The notes under the pieces: generated by a model | The model's database searches: none | What the model saw: the letters and a program-made list of their open reading frames with translations, nothing else | Told to the model about the DNA's origin: nothing | Translations under genes and position numbers: made by a program | Shown: positions 26,638-41,067 of the stretch, piece by piece | Numbering within the stretch: position 1 is the stretch's first letter | Layout of the letters: the number at the start of each line of letters is the position of its first letter | Source of the DNA: Lytechinus pictus | Lineage: Eukaryota | Direction of reading: 5' to 3' | NCBI RefSeq assembly: GCF_037042905.1 | Contig: NC_087251.1 | Span: 7,070,001 to 7,134,000, forward strand | DNA length: 64,000 nucleotides

Positions 26638-28388
26638 GCTCGAATTTTGATTTACTTTTACTTTTGCTTAAAAAAAACATCATTCCTCATGAAGTGTGAA
26701 TCTTATGAGTAATATCAATTGTTTCTCAAGAATGGAGGTTTCGATTATTAACTCAGCACTGTTAATATTAGCAAAAAGAAAAAATCCCACTGACAGGGCA
26801 GAATGTTTCAAACATCTATATTGAAACAGAATGGCCCCTATGCATATTGACTGAACATGAGACATTTTCATACGTCCACAAAGAACTTTTGTGTACAGTA
26901 ATAATTAATGATGACATCTATAAAATGCATTTAAGCCAGCAGTCTGCAATAAGCATCAAACAAACCCTGATTTAACATAATCACTCCTCATTTAGCATCA
27001 GCCCCCATCCTTTTGGTAATGCAAACAGAGCTTACATAAAGAACCTTTGCATGAATAGTCTATCTCCATGGTAACATGACATTTATTCATAAGGCTTACA
27101 TACTGTCTGTTTGAACAAATATCTTCTCCAACCATCAACCATTCACCATAGCACACAGCTCACTCCTCCATACTTCAATAAAGATTTCCCCCTGTTATAA
27201 CTTTAAGAAAAATCTAACAATAGCCAGACATGGTTTCCCAAATATGTTCAGAGTCGTTAACGAATGCATAACAAAGGGTGATATTACTGTAAAGCTTCCT
27301 TGAAATAATTATCTTCCATGCCAAGAAACATATTCTTTGTCCATTTTTGCATTTTCCACAAGCATATTCACTAAATACATGATCAACCACAACAGTGAAA
27401 ATCAGAAAGCCTTGAATGAGAACGTTGTTTATTATTAACACAAACATAGATCTACAGTAACTCTCTGATAAGACTTGAAATAATGGCTGATCAGACAATG
27501 TTTATTCCACTTGAGTATCAAAATGAAAATGGTTGGTTGCTGCAACTATATTTTCATCTTTCATTAATTCAAAATAAATCATTTATGATGAAAATATAAA
27601 TGAACACATGTACTGTAGTAGAAGAGCAAAGGAAATACTGTATATAAATCTATTCTAATACATATTCTGCTGTTTTTCTATTAAAAAAATCCTTTCGTGC
27701 CTGAAATAGGATTACATACAAATTTCCTATTTCTACCATCAAATGAAGATTCAATTAATTTCTGCAAGAGTTCATTTTGTTACGTGGAGAAATCATTCCA
27801 TTAAACCCATATTTTCCACATGACTTCACCTGGTTGTGTAATGGAGCCAAAAGTAATCTCATTCATATATCATAATGTAGAAAATATGATGTCTGCAAAT
27901 AAATTTTATTTTATTTTTCATGTAAAGCCTAAAAAGTTCTTAAGAATATGACCCAACTTTTATATGAACCAACTAACAGCCAGGGCAGATTTCCCCTTTA
28001 AAGCCAAATTAAGACCAATATATATTCTATTGATGATGATCATACCATTTGTCAGAAACACCCAAACATACATACCCAACACGAAACACCCAAACATCAT
28101 TGTTTTAAATAATGTGAATTATATTTTTCTTCACACTTGTTATTTGTAATGTATTAATGTATCGTGGTGACCCCTTTTTATAAGCATCACTTCTCCGGGG
28201 TCTCCGAACCATCTAATTGTTTTGTTTTTCTGATACTTTGTTAATATTTTATCTTGTACTGTTTTTATCCTGTTGATGGTTGAATAAATGAATTGAATTG
28301 AAATACAAATCTTTTGCAGTGTACATAAGATGATTCAAAAGATGAAAACAGATTCAGATATATGAGAAGATGAAAGACTAAAACTTAC

Positions 28389-28476
28389 CTGTTGTGGATT
28401 ATGTGGATGTTGCTCGACAGCTAGTGGGCGAAGCTGGGGTTCCAACTGCTGATATACAGACTCTTTAAATTGTAAC
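28389..28476 (-). CDS. ACBD3: ACBD3 exon 5 (Q-domain helix 1: LQFKESVYQQLEPQLRPLAVEQHPHNPQQ)
   Basis: TAG acceptor, CAG|GTAAGT donor, 88 nt, phase 2-0. Confidence 0.88.
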
Positions 28477-28731
28477 CTAAGATATCAAACAAGAGGAGTA
28501 AGTTTGGTCATCTGATATCAGATCATAGTGAGGTTAATGTACATACATTAGGTTGATTAGGATGGACATTAAAAAAAAAGATATTTTAGATATACATTTA
28601 AAAAAGCAAGAAATGTAATCCTCACCAATAGTGTATAAATTTTGAAATGAGTATGTGCTTGCTCCTAGGTTTCTTCTCTTTTCCAAAGTGTATTTTTTCA
28701 CTTTTCTAGGGAGTCTGACATGTTGTCAGAT

Positions 28732-28900
28732 CTGACATTCCTTGATTCTGATTGGCTGAGAGGCACTGTTACTATGGTAACTGTCGGGTAAAACTGGGGA
28801 GCGTTTCAAGAAAGGACTTGATCTGACAAGTCCTGTTTTATCAGACAGTTACCATAGTAACAGCGCTTCTAAGCCAATCAGAATCAAGGAAAGTTGTCAG
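28732..28900. repeat. ~55-bp inverted repeat formed by MITE pieces
   Basis: ttccttgattctgattggct...gttactatggtaactgtc pairs with gacagttaccatagtaac...agccaatcagaatcaaggaa. Confidence 0.65.
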
Positions 28901-30139
28901 CAAGTTTTTAAGAATGTACTAATATGATTCTGAAAAAAAAGGAAAGTTCACTAAATGATACATATTTTAAAGTATGGAAGTAAGAGTTAATTATGAGAAT
29001 TTATTTGGTAAGGAAAACTCATTCAATGTGTTGCTATGGCAACTTTACAAATTTTGTATTTTTAAAAGAATGTGCAAAAAAGATGTACGTTTGAAGGCTT
29101 GCAATTGTACTAATGTGATTGCCCACATTTTCATCTATGCATAGACAGGCACCAAAATAACAGAATACAATTGATCCTAAATGGAGTTATGATGATAAAT
29201 ATGAATATCTGCAAGCAAAAAAGGCACCCAAATTTGGGGAAATCAATTGTGGGGGCAGGTGCAGCCAGAGGGTTTTATTATTATACCTTTATACCACACA
29301 TCCTGTACGTCTGTACATAAGTAATACCATCAATTACTTTTATCATTAGAATTATTGTTTTTATTATATTAATAATGGTTACCATGGTAACACTCAACAT
29401 GTACAATAGAGCATTTGTACTGTACATGTCAATGTGTATACACTTTGTGTATTATTAAGCTATAAAAAGAAAAATTGATATTTTTCATCAACATTAAATA
29501 CATATAAAATTCATCAAATTACCGACCAAAATAACAGAAATTTTCTTCACTTTCTACTGATACCAATTTCTGAGAGTTTAGGAGTTTTTGAAGATTTTTA
29601 TAATGTATCACTAATTCACTATCACATAATGAAATGCTTCCATTTCCCAGAAGCATGCTTCCAGGCACGCTTGACGGCTAACGCTTTAGCTTGTGCTTTA
29701 CATGTAGGCCTAACTTCATTTAATCTTTCATTCATATCTCTCTGAAAGGGAATATTCATTTTATAAGTGGGGAGGGGAAGGAACTCATTTGTCTATCTTG
29801 TTCAATAAATAAGATCTGATTGATGGTTTTGAGGTTTGGACTAGCTGTTAATGTGGTTGCCTGAGATTGCCTTAAAAAAAACTCTTCTAATACTCCAGTA
29901 GAATACTTTGAAAAAAAATATGGCAGAAGAGCTACCCATAACATGCGTGTCTTTTGGTAATATATACAATGACCAGAGGGATAAAAAAAGACAACATGTA
30001 CATTTACACATGACTGACTAGACTGGAATATGATTTAAAAAAACTTCAATAGTCCAGGATTTTCATGATATTTCAATAAAGTATCCCTGTATTGTTGTTC
30101 AATATTGCTATTTAGTCTCAACAGAAATCTGTATAAATA

Positions 30140-31107
30140 AACAAGTGGAGCGCCTCTGACAGTCTCACCTGCATCACGCGATTCAATATAGCAGCAGTGC
30201 TGACTTTGAAAATGAATGTAACATAATTAGTCACAAAAAACACAATTCATATAATGATACAATACTATGTTCATTGACAATAAATGACATTTGACCTTGA
30301 TCATGCGACCTAAGACTTGTCAGTGATATTTGATTACCCCTATATCCAAATTTTATAAACTACATCTATAAACTTTGAAAGTCATGACAGCAATCTAATA
30401 ATTACCTCCAAAATGGCCAAAGTTCATTGACCTTAAATGACCTTTGACTTTGGTCACGTGACCTGAAACTCGCATGAGATGTTCAGTGATACATGATTAC
30501 TCTTATGTCCAAGTTTTATGAGCTAGATCCATACATTTTCAGAGTTATGATGGTAATTCGACAATTCCCCCCAACATAGCCAAAGTAAATTGACCTTTGA
30601 CTTTGGTCATGTGACCTGAAACTTGACTGCACAGGATGTTCAGTGATACTTGATTACTCATATGTCCAAGATTTATGAACTAGACCAATACACTTACAGA
30701 GTTATGATGGCAATTCAACAAATTCCCCAAACATGGCCAAAGTTCATGGACCTTAAATGACCTTTGACCTTGGTCATGTGACCTGAAACTCGCACAGGAC
30801 GTTCAGTGATACTTGATTACTCTTATGACCAAGTTTTATGAATTAGATCCATAAACTTTCGAAGTTATGATGGTAATTCAACAAAATACCCCCAACTTGG
30901 CTAAAGTTCATTGACCTTAAATGACCTTTGACCTTGGTCATGTGACCTGAAATTCAGGCAGGATGTTCAGTAATACTTGATTAACCTTATGTACAAGTTT
31001 CATGAACTAGGTCTATATGGTTTCTAAGTTATGCTGTCATTTCAAAAACTTAACCTTTGGTTAAGATTTGATGTTGACGCCGCTGTCTATGCTATGCAGG
31101 TGAGACA
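30140..31107. mobile_element. HINE-like tandem-array element, copy 2 (3' hairpin partly deleted)
   Basis: Same termini and repeat unit as copy 1. Confidence 0.75.
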
Positions 31108-31863
31108 CAAACCTGATTAACTTTTCAATTTCACTTTAAGATGAAGCAGAAATATTGGTGATGATTTTGAATACATGGGTATATCTGATCATCACATTCA
31201 TGAAATTATTGTTTAGTCCAGTATTGTAATGAGTCAAAAACCTTCTTTTTTTTTTGGGGGGGGGCAGACATGACATGGGCGAAATTTCTAAAATGCTGCA
31301 CATGAGCGATCGAGCAAAAGTTTTGTCCTTTTTAATACAAAAATCTATTTTTTCATAGGTTTTGACATATATTATTCCAAAAATAATATACACGAATTTC
31401 ACGAATTTTCCTTTTTTTGGGGGTGGGGGGGCCATGGCCACCAAAGCCCCCATCTGTATGCCAGTGGGCTAGCCTTCTTATTGAAGATTAAAATCAAATT
31501 GGCTGATTAATGCTATATAAAACCCTTGTATGGCTGAAGAAAATTCACATTTTGGTGTTGATTTCATGCAAACTGAAACATCAGAATATGAATTATCTAA
31601 TGGGTATAACACAAAAGTTGCACCAAAACCACAGTTTGGAGAGAGGATACACATGGTTTTCAATAAGTTTACAGACTTAATGTCTACCCATCCTGTTTAA
31701 ATCATGATCAAAATATACTTAGCACTCAGAGTTCATTGTACTTAAACTTGTCTTTAGTAACTGAGTTAATATTTCCAAAATGTTCATAAATTCATACACA
31801 ACTTTACAAATTGCTTTGTGAAACATACCACAGGAATAATTGTCATGATAGTATCACACTTAC

Positions 31864-31989
31864 CTTTGTTGCTCTTCCTTAAGCTTTTCTGCTTGCCTTA
31901 TCTCCTCTTCTCTCCTCTGTCTTTCTTCTTCTAACCTTTGTTGTTCTCTCTCCTCTTCTTCACGCTTTCTCCTCTCTTCCTCCTCTTTC
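31864..31989 (-). CDS. ACBD3: ACBD3 exon 4 (E/R/K-rich charged helical region)
   Basis: TAG acceptor, AAG|GTAAGT donor, 126 nt, phase 2-2; encodes RKEEEERRKREEEEREQQRLEEE... Confidence 0.9.
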
Positions 31990-34145
31990 CTATTTGAATT
32001 AAATGCAAGCAATTCACAAATAGCATAAATAAGCACTCAGTGGGAATGAGAATTTGATTAAAAGTGGTATAGTAATATATATCATCACATCACACCATAG
32101 ATTTTAGACAGCCTTCTACATCATAGGAAGTGTATATTCAATGTCTAAATACTTATTTTACGACTTAATTGTTAGTTTTTCTTATTACTCTAATGAATAT
32201 CTTTTCTTATGTGTACAACCCAAAATTCATCAAGTTCACGAGACCATTTCTAAAAAATTCTGTTGGTTTGATTCGATATCATGTTCCTCCATTTGCATAC
32301 ACATTTAACCTAATTAAAAATCGAATTCACCAAACTAATCATGTATTCCGCAAATCTTATGCATATCCTTGCACAAACACGTTCAATTACTGAAATTAGT
32401 GAAATTCAATCCCTCACCAAACAAAGTGGAGTTGTATTTTCTTAGCATGTCCTAGATGTCATCTGAGTGTTATCACACACTCAAGACTCCTGGAAGGGCC
32501 CCTATGGCTGAGATTTATGACTGGCGGAATGAAGATTAAATCCAAACCAGGAGATCCAACCACAACAACAACTATTCCAAAAAGAACACACATTATTTAC
32601 CCCCCACACACACACACGTAAAAAGAACTGCATGATAAAGAAACTGATACCTGTATTTCTCTGTATATTTATTTTTATCGGAATTTAAAATAAATGAATT
32701 GAATAACTGATGTTCTGAAATAAATTTGAACAAAATGGACAGATTTATGCACCAACATAGATGAATATTAGAATTGGAAAGAAGAGAATTGTTTCGTTAC
32801 ATCTTGTGGTTTGCATGTGACTGGACAAAGAAACTTGTTTAAAAGATGAATGTACAGTAAAATCTCTCTGTAAAGACATCACAAAGAGAGATAAGACAGA
32901 CATTCTTTATGAGCAGGTGGTTATTGTGGACTTGTTTCATATAATTGGGAAACTATTATAGGGGAAACCAAATCTTTAGAGATAGGAGGCCCTTCTAAAT
33001 AGGTGGTCACTAACGTAGATTCAACTGTAACTGAAAAAAATAAGAATCTAAAAAATAAAAGGGATGTTTTCCAATGCAAACACAAGAAGCCAGATAATGA
33101 TGTGAGAAGACTTCTAATGTGTCCCTGACACTAAGGCTTAACCATAGACCTCTCTCTAAGATTGATTTTTCTGAAATCTGAATAGTTTTCTTTACCTGGC
33201 TGGCCTCCTACATAGTTGCAGTACACATAGGGATGAATTTACAACCTGAACTGCTGGACATGATTCAATATTTCAACTGATCATTTAAACTTATCAATAA
33301 CTTTTAAATACATCGAGTTGGTTTTAATACAAGAAAAATTGGGAGAAATTTGCAATTGCAATTATTAATGGTTCATCATGATGAAATATGTTTTTTTTAT
33401 AGCATGAAATAATATGCCTGATTATGAGAAATCAGAGGCAAAACGCAATTTATGGACTTCATATATCTAAAGTACTTGCATGTGATGTAAAAAAAAAAGA
33501 TTAAATCTGTAGATATTTGAGGACTTTTCACCCCAATTTTATGTATGTTTCACACTTTCACTTATCTCATGCTTTCCTTAAAACCAACTTGAGATGAAGG
33601 TAAACTTTCCCTTTAAAGAACAATACATCATACAAGACTCAATCAAGACAAACAAGACAATTCAATCTTGGATGAGCACATTTTTCAACTGTTAGAAGGG
33701 CAAAGAATTGGGAAAGTACAATGCACATAAAGACAAGTAGCCAGTTCCAATGAGATTTTCATTTTGTAGGACATCATAAAAGGAGTGAGATTGACTGAGC
33801 TATGAATGTAAGAATCTACAGATTTCATGTTTTCTTCAACACACACATCCAAGTTCTATCTCTGATGGAATGATGCAAGAAACTTGCAATCAATTGCAAG
33901 TTTATTTTTGGTCCCTAAATCAATATGTCTTGCAATTAACTACAAATCCATGATTTTGATTGCTAATCTGCTCCTTGAAACATGGAGTGTAATCTCATTT
34001 GCTACAGTCAAAATTGATCTATCAATTGTAGAATTGCAAGTAAATATTTGCAATTGATTGCAAATATTACTTGCAACACCCCCTTAGACTCTCCAACCAA
34101 GGATATCTGGGGATAAACTGCAATCCTCAATCCACTCAAGGGGTA

Positions 34146-34597
34146 AGACACCGTTCTCATTATACTTTCTAAAACTGGTTTACTGGAAACCGGTTCAGGA
34201 AACCAGTTTGGAAGATCGCTTTGCTAGTGTTCCCATTTGATCACCCAAAAGTGGTTTTCAAAACCACTTCACGTAAAGCGGTCTTGTTGCTATGGAACAC
34301 TCTCAGTGGGGTGACATGTTTCACGCAAAATTTGAAACAGCAGCGTAGGCTTTCCACACACAGTGTGTGGAGTAGCGTGCTTGAAAATGTGCATAGATTG
34401 CTTCCCGAAGAACGGTTGTGTCCTCACTTACACTAAAACCAGTGTAACGAGGCAAAGCGATCTTCAAAACTACATCGCTAGGTGGTTTTTTGAAACTGGT
34501 TTGGAAGATCGCTTCCAAGACCGCTTCAACCGTTCTCATTACACGTTAAACTAGTTTCTAGTAAACTAGTTTTAGGATGGTGGTGAGAATGGTGTCT
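34146..34597. mobile_element. MITE with TA flanks
   Basis: agacaccgttctca / tgagaatggtgtct TIR; internal tttggaagatcgctt repeats in both orientations. Confidence 0.7.
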
Positions 34598-34692
34598 TAT
34601 TTTCTTCCAATGGTGAATACAAACATATATCTTTCCTGCCAGCTTGTCACCATCTGTCAATTGCATCAATATTTTATTTTTCAAATATTTAC

Positions 34693-34833
34693 CTTTTTCT
34701 CTCTTGCTCTTCTTTCTCTCTCCGATGAGCTTCTATATAAGGCTGTAGCTGTGGGCAACGAGTCTCAAGCAACTCACAGAACTGAAGCATACAATCTTCT
34801 TTACTCAAATCTCCTAATGCTTGCCATTCTTTT
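34693..34833 (-). CDS. ACBD3: ACBD3 exon 3 (RKEWQALGDLSKEDCMLQFCELL...YIEAHRREKEEQERK)
   Basis: ctgcAG acceptor, AAG|GTAAAT donor, 141 nt, phase 2-2; end of the ACB domain. Confidence 0.93.
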
Positions 34834-37800
34834 CTGCAGAGTAAGGGACACAAGGAAATAATATCAATTTAGATTCTTAAAGTCTATTTACCGGTACTTA
34901 GAAAGTCAGTTTATTGGGAATTTTTTACAAAATTGGTTTGTACAAACTTGAGTAAAATCTGAAGAAAAAAAAAACATTATACTTTTTAATTCAAGATTAC
35001 ATATTGGCTACTATTCTGTGCAAGTGCATTTTTCAGGTAATTCTCCAAATTAGCTACACCATTGTACATGTAGAACATTTTATCACACAAAGCACTTTCA
35101 ATAATGCGTTTGTTCATATTTGTGCAAAAAAAAATTGTACAGAATGTTTTATGATACTTCAATCTGGAAGTCTATAACATGAGTTGTGTTGAGAAATTCA
35201 CTTTTTTTATTTGTTCTCTATCATAGTTTTTTGTGGATTTTTGGGGTGAAAATGTGTTTTTCACCAAATTTACTACAATCCATTCACTTCAAGAATTACT
35301 ATGTTTTAAACTTTCATTTTTAAAATTTCTTTATCTAATGAAATGAAAGAATTAATCAATTAATCAATTTTTTTTGCACTGATGTTGTGTAGACATGTGA
35401 AGTAATTTTTAAGGAGCCATTTTCCATGTCCTTATCTGTAAAAAGAAAATGCTACAAAACTGGTAAAACAGTTTTTGTAATGCTTGCAACTTAAATTTAT
35501 CACTTATCTGCCTTATCAGCGCTTCAACCATGACATTTCAACATAAAGCCAAAATGAAAATGACTGAAAATAGATCTAGGAATTGAATACCATGCAGGTA
35601 TGACCTTTTGAAGTAACTCTTTGAAATGCTAAACTCGAGAATCCAAGCTCAATTTTATAGAAGTAGCACAATCCTTATCAAATCCTATTGCCACACATTC
35701 ACAGCACACTTACTCTATCATGGCTTTTAATGAAGTCTGAATTGATCATAAATCAAATATGGACAGGTATTCAATTCTTTAATGGTCAACAGGGTAATCT
35801 AGATATTTATTTCTTATCACAGACAATTTAAAGATCAGTCTTGATGCCTTTCACACATTAAATAAAATCTAAATTAATCAATTGCCATTCTTAATAATCA
35901 ATTTCTTGACCAGAATGATACCAACTCAATAATGCAATGACTATCATTTTTTTGCCCCGCCCCCTTCCTCTGCATTCCTGCTTTTTAATGTGCAATATTT
36001 TGTGTATTAGAGAATATATACTTGATTCATGTCATGGGAGCGGCATGTGTGGGGGCACATGCCTCTGGGCAAGTGCTGAATTTCACTTTTGCGCCCCTTG
36101 ACCCACTTGCCACTCCCATATTTCTTTACATGTTTGTAAAATTGTAATTGCTTTCTGATGTATTGTATTTGCTCTTTTTATATTGGTCAAATAATAATAA
36201 TTAAAAAATAAAACAATAAAAATTATGAGATCAGAATACATTATTTTGGGTTCACAATGGAGGTTGCAAATTTTGGGGTTTACTTTCTTCTTAGTACCAA
36301 ATTAATTTTCACCAACTGATAGCATATTGAATATTTTACCCTTAGATTATGAAAACAAAGTCTGCACTGATATCAGGATGCTTTGAATAGAAAGAGTACA
36401 ATCCAACAACCAAAACAGAGAAAATAAATCACAGGCAAATGAAAAATATGGTTGATACATTTTTGAGTAGATATTTTTGTTGAGAGCTTGAAAAAAGACT
36501 TGAACTGAGCCCCTACAGACCAACATTGAGTTGGATTCAGAAAGATGATAGCAATTGTATCATCAATTGACATTGAGAGAAGATGTAATGACCCTGGCCA
36601 CAGTTTGAACTTTACAAGGAAATTCTTGACAATGAAAATTAAATTTTATAGAAATTCCACATCAATCTCATGCAAAATCTACTAGTATTCTAAATCAATC
36701 AAGAAATAAAAAAGGCCAACATCATCAAATCTTTAAAACGCATATAAATTGCACTTGTGTTAACTGTAAAAAAGTTGATTTCACTGTGATATTTTTATTC
36801 CATTCATGTGCTTCAGAATGCCAATATTAACATCAACATTGAATTTTAAATCACAATCTCCCAAAACATTCTTGCACACTGTCAGTGTCAACTGTGCAGA
36901 TAACAGTCAGTAAATCATTATCACTCTTTTCAACACAAGCACCCAGAATAAATATTTTCAGAGGTCAATATCACCAACAGCCGGTTTTCAAATACAGTGT
37001 TAGAGCTGGTGTCAAAACACCAATACCATCATTCCATGGAGCTATTAGTGCCCCATGATCATTCAACCCACATCATCCATTATTCTCATGGACATCTGCT
37101 GAAGCCAGGAAGATAATTGGTTTGGTAGGTGGATTATTTTGTTCATTAGGTGCAAAAATACCCTTTGAATCCACCTGATAGATATTTTCTGATTGTCAAT
37201 TCTACCCAGATCAGGAAATACTAATTATTTTGTCAGTGTGAAACAAACAAGCAGATCATATTTTATATCCCTCAAAGAAAAAAAAAAAATGTTGGATGTA
37301 GGTACTTTTAAAACTATCATGTCCATAAATATATATATAAATTTTTACAGGGATTATTCCATCTTGTGAAAGCAAATCATAAGAAACCGAGATGAACAGC
37401 AAGATAATTTGAATCTTTAGTATAGGAATTTGAGAGTCCTGTTGCAGGTTCAAAACTACACAAAAGTCGTCATCTAAATACACAAAGTATTCTGAGGCAT
37501 GATCATATTCTTGTAATTTACAGGTATTTTTGTGATGAGGGGTTTACATGTAGGCTACATCGATTTGGTTTGAACCTGGATCACTACATAATACAAGAAC
37601 ATAATTATCTGAGTTTCCACAATATTCTAGAAATGCGCCTTGATGGTAAAATGAAACACCCAAATCCACCTCACCTTTAACTGAAGAAAATTATTTAAAA
37701 ATTCACGGACATGTTCAATATTTCACTACAAATTGATAGACAGTATGTAAATTGTAATAATATCAATGATAAAAAAACGTGTCATTTGTAGATATTTCAT

Positions 37801-38179
37801 GCTAAGAAAGATTATATCTGATTTGCTTCATCCTCCATCTAGTTAAAAGCCCACATCTTCTTATTCCTTTTACTCTAGCTCTTAATATTGATTACTAGTT
37901 TTATATTACTGGAACATGCCACAGGCATGTAACATTTTCATTAAACTCTAAATTGGATGTATGTATTAATATCCATGCTGACTGATAATCTTATTCTTAA
38001 ATGGTCTCTTCTTCAGGACCAACTTTGGTCAAAGATTCATCATGAACATACTGTACATGTACTGTATGGTTGAAAATAATAAAATCTAAGTTAAAGTCTT
38101 TACTGTTTTATTTTGAATATCCTCTCAACAGATTTGATTCTAAAGTTTAAAAATCACATCACTATAGGCCTATGTACTA

Positions 38180-39705
38180 AACAAGTGGAGCGCCTCTGGC
38201 AGTCTCACCTGCATCGTGCGATTCAAAATAGCAGCAGTGCTTACTTTGAAAACTATTATAAAATAATTATTCACAAAAAACACCATTCATATAATGATAC
38301 AATACTGCGTTCATTGACAATAATTGACATTTGACCTTGATCATGCGACCTAAGACTTGTCAGTGCTACTCGATTACCCCCCTACATGTATATCCACATT
38401 TTATAAACTATATCTATAAACTTTGAAAGTTATGACAGCAATCTAATAATTACCTCCAAAATGGCCAAAGTCAATGACCTTTGACTTTGGTCATGTCACC
38501 TGAAACTCAAATGAGATGTTCAGTGATACTTGATTACTCTTATGTCCAAGTTTCATGAATCAGATCCATAACTTTTCAGTTATGATGATAATTCAACAGA
38601 TACCTGCAACATGGCCAAAGTTCATTGACCTTGGTCATGTGACCTGAAATTCGCACAGGATTTTCAGTGATACTTGATCTCTCTTATGTTTAAGTTTCAC
38701 GAATCAGATCCATAAACTTTCAAAGTTATGATGGTAATTCAACAGATACCCCAACATAGCCAAAGTTCATTGACCTTGGTCTTGTGACCTGAAACTCGCA
38801 CAGGATGTTCAGTGATACTTGATTACTTTTCTGTATGTCCGAGTTTCATGAATCAGATCCATAAAATTTTAAAGTTATGATGGTAATTCAACAAATAGCC
38901 CCAACTTGGCCAAAGTTCATTGACCCTAAATGACCTTTGACCTTGATCATGTGACCTGAAACTTGTCAGTGCTACTCGATTACCCCTATATCCACATTTT
39001 ATAAACTATGTTTATAAACTTTGAAAGTTATGACAGCAATCTAATAATTACCTCCAAAATGGCCAAATTCAATGACCTTTGACTTTGGTCATGTCACCTG
39101 AAACTCGAATGAGATGTTCAGTGATACGTGATTACTCTTATGTCCAAGTTTCATGAATCAGATCCATAAATTTTCAGTTATGATGATAATTCAACAGATA
39201 ACTTACAACATGGCCAAAGTTCATTGACCTGAAATTCGCACAGGATTTTCAGTGATACTTGATCTCTCTTATGTCCAAGTTTCATGAATCAGATCCATAA
39301 ACTTTCAAAGTTATGATGGTAATTCAACAGATACCCGCAACATGGCCAAAGTTCATTGACCTTTCATGAACTAGGTCCATATATTTTCTAAGTTATAATG
39401 ACATTTTAAAAACTTAACCTTAGGTTAAGATTTTGATGTTGATTCCCCCAGCATAGTCTAAGTTCATTGACCCTAAATGACCTTTGACCTTGATCATGTA
39501 ACCTAAAACTAAGGTAGGATGTTCAGTAATACGTGATTAACCTTATGGCCAAGTTTCATGAACTAGGTCTATATACTTTCTAAGTTAAATATGTAGTCAT
39601 TTATTTTATAAAACTTAATCTTCGGTTAAGATTTGGTATTGACGCTGCCATGGTCGGAAAAGCGGCGCCTATAGTCTCACTCTGCTTCGCAGGTGAGACA
39701 AAAAA
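38180..39705. mobile_element. HINE-like tandem-array element, copy 3 (with internal multi-unit duplication)
   Basis: Same termini. The block starting cttgtcagtgctactcgattacccc occurs near 38355 and again near 38962. Confidence 0.75.
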
Positions 39706-39835
39706 TGGGTAGTATGCATACATGAGGGAAGAAATCACATCACACACTTTTTATTTCTTTAGTACTTTATCATAGAGAATACTGTATGACATGATTTTTC
39801 ACCCTTCCTATAATCATGTAAGACATGGGTTGGCC

Positions 39836-40401
39836 CCCGGGGGGGGGGGGGGGGGGGGGGCACTCAGTATATAATGCATAGTGGGTATGTGCCGCGGAGG
39901 GGACCCCCATTTTTACACTCAAATTTCCGTTCCAAGGCATAGCATTTTTGTCTTATTGAGAAAAAGAACAAAGAAAGCCGCTTCAAAGCATAGCATTTTC
40001 TTCTTATCGAGAAAAAAGAAGAAATAAATCCGCTCCAAAGCTTCGCATATTTTTCGTTACGCCGTTCCGATCGCATTGATCTGCTACAATGAGCTGCAAT
40101 TTTGGTGAAAAGCGGCCGCAGAGCACTGGCCGACCATCGCCTCTGCGCGAGCGCACCCGGCGGAGGCCGCGCTATAGCTGCATCATGCACGCATGCCCGT
40201 TCCATAGGGATGCATACGCACTCACACGCTGGCGATCCGTTCAAAGGACTCCCGTTTTCACAAACATTTGTAGTTCCGAAGGGCCGTTCTGAGGACTCTC
40301 CTTTTTGCAATAAGCCCGCTCCAAGGCCCCCGTTTTTTGTCTCGCCCGCGGCACACCCCTACCACTTTTTTGGTCGAGTGCCCCCCCCCCCCCCCCCCGG
40401 G
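39836..40401. mobile_element. MITE with CCCGGG(G)n termini
   Basis: CCCG(n)CACTC ... GAGTGC(n)GGG; 8-bp TSD GGTTGGCC (39828-39835, 40402-40409). Confidence 0.8.
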
Positions 40402-40838
40402 GGTTGGCCTATAATTGTTCATTCAAAATTACATTAATGAACTTACAATTACATGTATAATTTTCCATCAAGAGTTTCTTCGTTATCTCATCTACAGAAT
40501 AAAATATATGATGATGAGAATACAAAGTAGGTGTATGACATTGTTTGCTCTCTCTTTTGCATATTACCTATGTGTAAGTGTTGCAGAACTGAACAAGATT
40601 TTAAAGAATCTTCAAGTGCTTACTTTTTGCTTTTTATTTTATTGAGGTAAGAGACTGGATTTTGATTGCAAAGCTGCACTAAGTTTGACTCTCATTAATG
40701 AGGCTACAAATACATTGATGATGGCTTGTTTTTTCACATATGGTGAAAGTATTTGTCATCATTAAATTTGGCTTTTGTAATAACGAGATATAATGCATCA
40801 ATACAAGTAGTACATGCTATTTACACACAACACATTAC

Positions 40839-40980
40839 CTCCTATCATTTCCAACAACATCTAGATATCCAGGGGGAGGTAACTTTGAGGCATCTAATTT
40901 ACCAACAGTGATTTGCTTGGTATATGCAACTAGCTTCAGCTTATCTTTGTATGTGAGATGGATTGCCTTCCCTTCAAATT
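40839..40980 (-). CDS. ACBD3: ACBD3 exon 2 ([23 protein letters not shown]...[10 protein letters not shown])
   Basis: AG/GT boundaries, 142 nt, phase 1-2; encodes the ACB-domain core motif. It is absent from the ORF track and was translated by hand. Confidence 0.93.
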
Positions 40981-41067
40981 CTGTGGAAGAAAAAAAGATG
41001 AAAAATTGTTAACAATTCAAAGAAAACCAAGAAACACATTTTTCAAAGAATAAAGTCTTTAAATATA

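Noticed and set aside
39864..40437. GC-rich ORFs of 148, 111 and 67 aa
   Set aside because: They fall almost entirely within a TSD-flanked MITE and show no recognisable domain.
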